NCBI GenBank assembly: GCA_030167145.1
Contig: CP126532.1
Coordinates: 1,710,001 to 1,742,000, forward strand
From: Ktedonobacterales bacterium
GTDB taxonomy: Bacteria > Chloroflexota > Ktedonobacteria > Ktedonobacterales > JADMIN01
Direction: 5' to 3'
Length of the DNA stretch: 32,000 bases
The stretch's first letter is position 1. Each line of letters opens with the position of its first letter. Shown here piece by piece: positions 26,022-32,000 of this stretch. The notes under the pieces were generated by a model. The model was given only the letters and a program-made list of their open reading frames with translations. It was not told the DNA's origin and ran no database searches. Position numbers and translations under genes: made by a program.

Positions 26022-27566
26022 TTACGGCGAGCGGCGTTGTGTTCGTTCCAGCAAGACGAGTACGGCCACACTCCACCAGAAGATCAGCGCCAGGTCGGGG
26101 ACGAAGTACGCGCTATCCACCATGCCGTGGAGCATCCCCGCGAGCATCGAAGCGCCGATGCCCAGCGCCAGTGCGCCACGCCAGCCCGCGTCATGACCCC
26201 CTCGCGTCAGCGCCGTCCGCCCCACCAGCCGCCAGCAGCGCGCCCAGAACGCCGCTAGCACCACCACAAAGCCCACCAGCGCCAGCAGTCCGCCGCTCAG
26301 CCACAGGTCGAGCGCCAGATTGTGCGGATGCGCCAAAGTCGGCTCGCGCGCCGCCACGGTTGGGCGTCCGTTCAAGGTCGCAATCCAGTACGGGTGAACG
26401 GTGTAGAGATTGCTATAGTAGTACAGAAATTGATCCGGCCCAATGCCGAAGAGCGCATGGTCACGGATCATATGCCACGCCGCCAGCCACACCAGCACCC
26501 GCACCTCGCCCGACCCGTGATGCCCCGCCAGCAGCAGCGCCGCCAGTTCATCGCGCGCCACCAACACGACCACCAGCGCCGCCGCCACCAGCGCGACGCC
26601 TACCCACCAGCGCCGCAGACTCACCACGACAACTACAGCGCAGGCCACCGCCGCGCCGATCTCCGCCCCGCGCGAATCGCCCAGCAGCAGCGCCACCGCG
26701 CAGAGCAGCGCCACGCCCGCCGCCAGCGCCCGTGCCTGCCGCCCGAACCCGCTCCGCGCCAGAGGCAGCGCCAGCGCCAGGGGCAGCGCCCGCTCTAGAA
26801 ATGCGCCGAGGCTATTGCCGCTGCCATAGATAAACGCTGTCGCGCGCGGCACGCCAGCCCCTGGTGTGGTATACGGCACGAGCCTGCTGCCATCTGCCAG
26901 GGGGGTGAAGGTGGCATGCAGCCAGAGCGTCTGCGCCAGCGCCAGCGCCGCCAGCAGCGCCCCCGCCGCCAGCAACGCCCACACCAGCCGCCGCACCCCG
27001 CGCGCACCGCGCACATAGAGCAGGGCCAGCGCCAGATACAGCAGTGGCTCCGCCACCTCCCAGCGCCACGCCCGCAGCGCCTCGCGTGGGCGCACCGCGA
27101 TGAGCAGCCCAATGGTCACGCCCAGCGCGAAGAGCGCCGCGCCTCCGAGCAGCCACGGCCCCAGCCACCTGCCGATCACCCGCAGCCGCGCCCCTAGCCG
27201 CGCATGCCGCCAGCCGTGCCGCAGCCGCGCCACCTCGTGCGCCAGCGCAACGCCCAGGCACACCGCCAGCGCAATCTCGCTCAGCGGAAAGACGGTATAC
27301 CCGACGACCGTTTTGGGCACGTACCAGAACGGGAAGGTGAGCGGGAGCAGGCAGAGCGCGAGGTCCAGCCGTCGCCACGTCAGCGCGGCGAAGAGCAGCA
27401 GCCCCGGCAGCGCGAGCAGCGGCGGCGGCACGACGTAATACCACGTCAGCGCCGCCACCATCCCCGCGATGATGAACCGCTCGCGCATCCAGCCGCCCGC
27501 CAGCGCTTGCCGCAGACGCGGCATGGCCAGCGCGCCACTGCTACTGTTCTCGCTGGATTCCACCAT
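26022..27566 (-). CDS. O-antigen ligase/polymerase family (Wzy_C-type) polytopic membrane protein
   Basis: At least 10 predicted TM helices; family hallmarks LLLGDSRGAEIGAAVA and AHPHNLALDLWLSGGLLALVGF (H-N-x-x-L...G-G loop motif). ATG 27566 preceded by GAAGGG. Confidence 0.75.
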   Translation of the reverse strand: MVESSENSSSGALAMPRLRQALAGGWMRERFIIAGMVAALTWYYVVPPPLLALPGLLLFAALTWRRLDLALCLLPLTFPFWYVPKTVVGYTVFPLSEIALAVCLGVALAHEVARLRHGWRHARLGARLRVIGRWLGPWLLGGAALFALGVTIGLLIAVRPREALRAWRWEVAEPLLYLALALLYVRGARGVRRLVWALLAAGALLAALALAQTLWLHATFTPLADGSRLVPYTTPGAGVPRATAFIYGSGNSLGAFLERALPLALALPLARSGFGRQARALAAGVALLCAVALLLGDSRGAEIGAAVACAVVVVVSLRRWWVGVALVAAALVVVLVARDELAALLLAGHHGSGEVRVLVWLAAWHMIRDHALFGIGPDQFLYYYSNLYTVHPYWIATLNGRPTVAAREPTLAHPHNLALDLWLSGGLLALVGFVVVLAAFWARCWRLVGRTALTRGGHDAGWRGALALGIGASMLAGMLHGMVDSAYFVPDLALIFWWSVAVLVLLERTQRRSP

Positions 27567-27633
27567 GCTGACCCTTCTTTATCGCGCTACGGTGCGATCA
27601 GTGTGAACACTCTGTACGGAACCCCTGACCCAT

Positions 27634-27654
27634 GTGGGCTAGTCCATAGCCCAC
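27634..27654. repeat. Perfect inverted repeat GTGGGCTA-GTCCA-TAGCCCAC in the divergent ligase/parA intergenic region
   Basis: 8-bp arms and a 5-bp spacer, read directly. Confidence 0.9.
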
Positions 27655-27677
27655 TCGGCCCAACCTGACCGTTTCGC

Positions 27678-27706
27678 TTGTTTGTGTCGCACACATACTG
27701 TACAAT
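27678..27706 (+). promoter_or_regulatory. Promoter candidate for parAB (TTGTTT-17-TACAAT)
   Basis: TACAAT at 27701-27706; weak -35 TTGTTT at 27678-27683. Would give a leader of about 190 nt. Confidence 0.35.
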
Positions 27707-27905
27707 GGCTTTCGCTACCATTGACGGGCAGGCGTCATGTTCTTGTGCATTCCCGCGTCCGCGCAACCCGTCGCTGGTTCTCTCGCATGTGCGGTTCCTC
27801 GCGCCCGTCACCTACGCCCGTGATGGCGCCGCGCAAGGACGTTATGGGTTCTTGTTGAAACATCTTCGATAGATCCGTTCCTAAACCGAAAGGGGGCGAG
27901 TACCA

Positions 27906-28697
27906 ATGTCAGCGCGGGTATTCGCTATCGCGAATCAAAAGGGTGGCGTCGGCAAAACCACCACCACCGTCAACCTGGCCGCGTGCCTGGCCGAAGCGGG
28001 CCGCAGAACGCTCGTGGTTGACCTCGACCCACAATCCAACACGACGACACACCTCGGCGTTGACCCGCATAAGGTGGCTACTTCGCTCTACGAATTGCTC
28101 GTCAATGAGAATGTCACCGTCAAAGAAGCGGTGATAGCCGACGTGCGGCCCAACCTCGCGCTGCTGCCCGCGAAAGTCGCCCTGTATGCCGCCGAAATCG
28201 AACTGGTCTATCTGGAACACCGCGAGTTCCGTCTCAAGCATGCGCTGGATAGCGTCAGCGATCAATACGACTTTATCTTGATAGACTGCCCGCCATCGCT
28301 GGGCCTGCTTACCGTCAATGCGCTCACCGCCTCTGATGGCGTCATCCTGCCCCTTCAGTGTGAATACTTCGCTCTCGAAGGCATGCAGCAGTTGCTCAAT
28401 ACGGTGCGGCTCGTCCGTGACCGGCTGAACCAGCACATTATCCTCTTCGGCGTCGTGCTGACCATGTTTGACCCCCGCACCAAGCTCGGCAGCGAGGTGG
28501 TGCGTGAGATCAGCGAACACTTTCCCAAAGAGAAATTCGAGAAGATCATTCCACGTAACGTCCGCCTGGGCGAGGCGCCCAGCTACGGCATGACCATTCT
28601 AGAGCACGATCCTCGCTCCCCTGGCGCGCTCGCCTATCGGGGGCTGGCCGAGGAAGTCATCGCGCGGGCGGCAACATTGGAGACACACCATGCCTAA
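27906..28697 (+). CDS. parA: Chromosome partitioning ATPase ParA/Soj
   Basis: Deviant Walker A NQKGGVGKTTTTVNLA, DLDPQSN, ILIDCPPSLG. AAGGGGG SD. Confidence 0.95.
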   Translation: MSARVFAIANQKGGVGKTTTTVNLAACLAEAGRRTLVVDLDPQSNTTTHLGVDPHKVATSLYELLVNENVTVKEAVIADVRPNLALLPAKVALYAAEIELVYLEHREFRLKHALDSVSDQYDFILIDCPPSLGLLTVNALTASDGVILPLQCEYFALEGMQQLLNTVRLVRDRLNQHIILFGVVLTMFDPRTKLGSEVVREISEHFPKEKFEKIIPRNVRLGEAPSYGMTILEHDPRSPGALAYRGLAEEVIARAATLETHHA

Positions 28698-29763
28698 ACA
28701 GCGATTCGGCCTGGGGCGCGGCCTGGACGCCCTGATTCCCGGCGGACCCAGCGGCGCGACCACCATCCCCGACGACGTGCCCATGGATACCAGCCTCTCA
28801 AACTCCGCGCTCTTCGAGGTGCCGGTTGCGGACATCATGCCCAACCCGTCGCAGCCGCGCACACCTGCTGGCGATGACCAGCAGATGTTGGAGCTAGCCA
28901 CCTCCATCCAGGAACATGGCCTCTTGCAGCCGCTGCTACTCACTGTGGCTGAAGGCGGCGACGACCCGCGCTACTACATCATCGCCGGCGAGCGCCGCTG
29001 GCGCGCCGCGCAGATCGCCGGGCTTGAGGCCGTTCCCGCCGTCATTCGCGAGGCGACCCCGCAGATGATGCTGGAACTGGCCCTGGTCGAAAACCTTCAG
29101 CGCACCGACCTCAACCCGCTAGAAGAGGCGCGCGGCTTCCAAATGTTGATCGAAGAATATGGCCTGACGCAAGAACAGATCGCCGAGCGCGTGGGCCGCG
29201 ACCGCGCCACCATCGCCAACACAATCCGCCTGTTGCAGTTGCCGCAAGAAGTGCGCGACGCGCTGATCACCATGCCCAAAGCCTTCACCGAAGGGCATGC
29301 GCGCGCCGTCTTGCAGATCAACGGCGATGCCGAGCGCATCCTCGCCACGAAGCAGATCATCAGCCAGATGATGACCGTGCGCCAGGCCGAAGAGCTAGCC
29401 CGCCGTTACAATGAGATGGCGCTGGGCCTCACGCCCGAACGCCGCGGCGCACGCATTCGCCAGCAGACCTACGAGACACGCGCGCTCGAAGAAGCCTTCA
29501 CCCGCGCCGTCGAGATGAAAGCCCGCCTGCACCGCTCCACCAAAGGTAAAGGCTACCTCACGCTGTATTTCTCCAGCGATGAGCAGCTTCAGTCGCTCTA
29601 TGGCCGCATTATCGGCGGTAGCATGCCCGACCAGGAGAGCGACACCGGCCTCAACCTGGGCGCGTTGGGCTATGGCTTCGCCGATGCGGACGACCTGCTC
29701 GACGAAGATCTGCTCGACTACGACAACGCCAACGGCTCCAACGGCTCCAATGGCCGCCACTAG
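28690..29763 (+). CDS. parB: Chromosome partitioning protein ParB/Spo0J
   Basis: GLGRGLDALIP, PNPSQPRT, LLQPLLL, the CTP-binding-type box AGERRWRAAQ, and HTH QEQIAERVGRDRATIANTIRLLQLP. The ATG overlaps the parA stop (ATGCCTAA). The tail has an NGS repeat. Confidence 0.95.
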   Translation: MPKQRFGLGRGLDALIPGGPSGATTIPDDVPMDTSLSNSALFEVPVADIMPNPSQPRTPAGDDQQMLELATSIQEHGLLQPLLLTVAEGGDDPRYYIIAGERRWRAAQIAGLEAVPAVIREATPQMMLELALVENLQRTDLNPLEEARGFQMLIEEYGLTQEQIAERVGRDRATIANTIRLLQLPQEVRDALITMPKAFTEGHARAVLQINGDAERILATKQIISQMMTVRQAEELARRYNEMALGLTPERRGARIRQQTYETRALEEAFTRAVEMKARLHRSTKGKGYLTLYFSSDEQLQSLYGRIIGGSMPDQESDTGLNLGALGYGFADADDLLDEDLLDYDNANGSNGSNGRH

Positions 29764-29805
29764 GCGTCAACTAATCCATCATGCCGCTCTCAGAAACCTG
29801 TGATC

Positions 29806-29814
29806 TGCTATAAT
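29806..29814 (+). promoter_or_regulatory. Extended -10 promoter element TGCTATAAT upstream of the membrane-protein gene
   Basis: TGC-TATAAT read directly at 29806-29814. No good -35. Confidence 0.5.
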
Positions 29815-29854
29815 TTCCTGCCGGAAGGGCATCATCACACGTAGAGAGGGCGGC

Positions 29855-30490
29855 ATGAACGCGACACACGACACCAAACGCTACACGCGCATTCTGGGCA
29901 TCACCGCCAGCCTCTTCGCGCTGCTCCAGACGCTCATCGTTGGCTCCGCCGCGCGGGCAAATCAAGCCGATGTGCTCGCCCTTCAGCAGTCGCTGGCCAG
30001 CAATACGATAGGCGGAGGCGTGAACTTCGAGCCGTTCCTGGTCGCGTCGTTGCGGATCTTCCTTATCGCCTATGTCAGCGCCTTCATCGCGCTGCTCATC
30101 ATCGTCTGCATCGCTGGCTACGCGGGCTACATCGCCGCCCTGCTCACCGGCAATCGCAGCGCTGGCTCCGCCGCTGGGCGCGGCGTCATCAACATCACCG
30201 CTATCATCTGGCTGCTCGCGACGCTGCTGGGCTGCGTCGTGTTCCACGCCGACGCCTACATCTCCTGGGCAATCGCTACCATCGCTGTGATGATTTCCAC
30301 CCCACAGAATCACGCGCCGTCTGGCATCTACGTCACCCAACCCGGCTCAGTCTTCATCATCACCCAAATCGTCGTGTTGCTGCTTCAGGCGCTCGTCGGT
30401 TACGGCCTCGCCATCGGTTTCGGCTCGCTCGCCGGGAACATCGGCGCGAACCGCGTCCGCCCCGCCACCACGTATGCCGCCCCCGTGTAA
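29855..30490 (+). CDS. Hypothetical polytopic membrane protein (about 5 TM)
   Basis: GAGAGGG SD. Hydrophobic segments ILGITASLFALLQTLIV, IFLIAYVSAFIALLIIVCIAGYAGYIAALL, ITAIIWLLATLLGCVVF, WAIATIAVMI, FIITQIVVLLLQALVGYGLAIGFGSLAG. Confidence 0.7.
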   Translation: MNATHDTKRYTRILGITASLFALLQTLIVGSAARANQADVLALQQSLASNTIGGGVNFEPFLVASLRIFLIAYVSAFIALLIIVCIAGYAGYIAALLTGNRSAGSAAGRGVINITAIIWLLATLLGCVVFHADAYISWAIATIAVMISTPQNHAPSGIYVTQPGSVFIITQIVVLLLQALVGYGLAIGFGSLAGNIGANRVRPATTYAAPV

Positions 30491-30527
30491 GTTGGCGCGC
30501 GCTGACATCGCTACACGATACAGCAAA

Positions 30528-30560
30528 GCAAAGCCCGCTATCATTGGTAGCGGGCTTTGC
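30528..30560. terminator. Bidirectional terminator hairpin between convergent genes
   Basis: Perfect 13-bp stem GCAAAGCCCGCTA / TAGCGGGCTTTGC with a 7-nt loop. On the minus strand it is followed by TTTGCTG. Confidence 0.7.
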
Positions 30561-30626
30561 GAAATGCGCGCGAATGAAGAATGATGCCGATGATATGTGT
30601 CTCACTGGGAGCGTAAGGCTGCGCGC

Positions 30627-31967
<1,341 letters not shown>

Positions 31968-32000
31968 CGCTGGCAGGCCGTCACCCCACTGATCCTGCCA

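Noticed and set aside
25589-26833. 414-aa plus-strand ORF
   Set aside because: Extremely Pro/Arg/Ala-rich. Antisense to the propeller and O-antigen-ligase-family genes, which have clear family motifs.

Overview
GC-rich bacterial chromosomal window made up mostly of core genes. I found no CRISPR array, transposase, integrase or recognisable defence gene. Minus strand, 0.4-13.7 kb: an XRE-type HTH regulator; a five-gene family-5 (peptide/nickel type) ABC importer (lipoprotein SBP, two permeases, two ATPases) interrupted by an unusual 578-bp non-coding spacer with its own promoter-like element; an ECF sigma factor overlapping a single-pass anti-sigma candidate; a divergent hypothetical gene; recO; and a PASTA Ser/Thr kinase. 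Plus strand, 14.1-20.7 kb: promoter, tRNA-Thr(UGU), tRNA-Tyr(GUA), a degenerate tRNA-Tyr-like relic, tRNA-Thr(GGU), tuf, then rpmG-secE-nusG-rplK-rplA-(L10 leader)-rplJ-rplL. rpoBC does not follow rplL. Instead there is a convergent 451-aa stand-alone AlaRS catalytic core with no editing or C-Ala domain, placed under a complete alanine (GCC) T-box riboswitch that I reconstructed by hand. This is the most interesting item in the window. 22.8-27.6 kb: a poorly characterised envelope cluster (Sec-signal secreted beta-rich protein; O-antigen-ligase-family polytopic protein; single-pass PD40/TolB-like beta-propeller protein; small membrane protein). 27.9-32 kb: parA-parB, a polytopic membrane protein, and the primary sigma factor, whose start is uncertain because the ORF is open to the window end. 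T-box use, the PASTA kinase and the gene content suggest a high-GC monoderm-type lineage (Chloroflexota/Ktedonobacteria-like or Actinomycetota); this guess is weak. Gene starts were re-picked from Shine-Dalgarno context and often differ from the longest-ORF track. All homology statements are by-eye motif recognition, not database searches.
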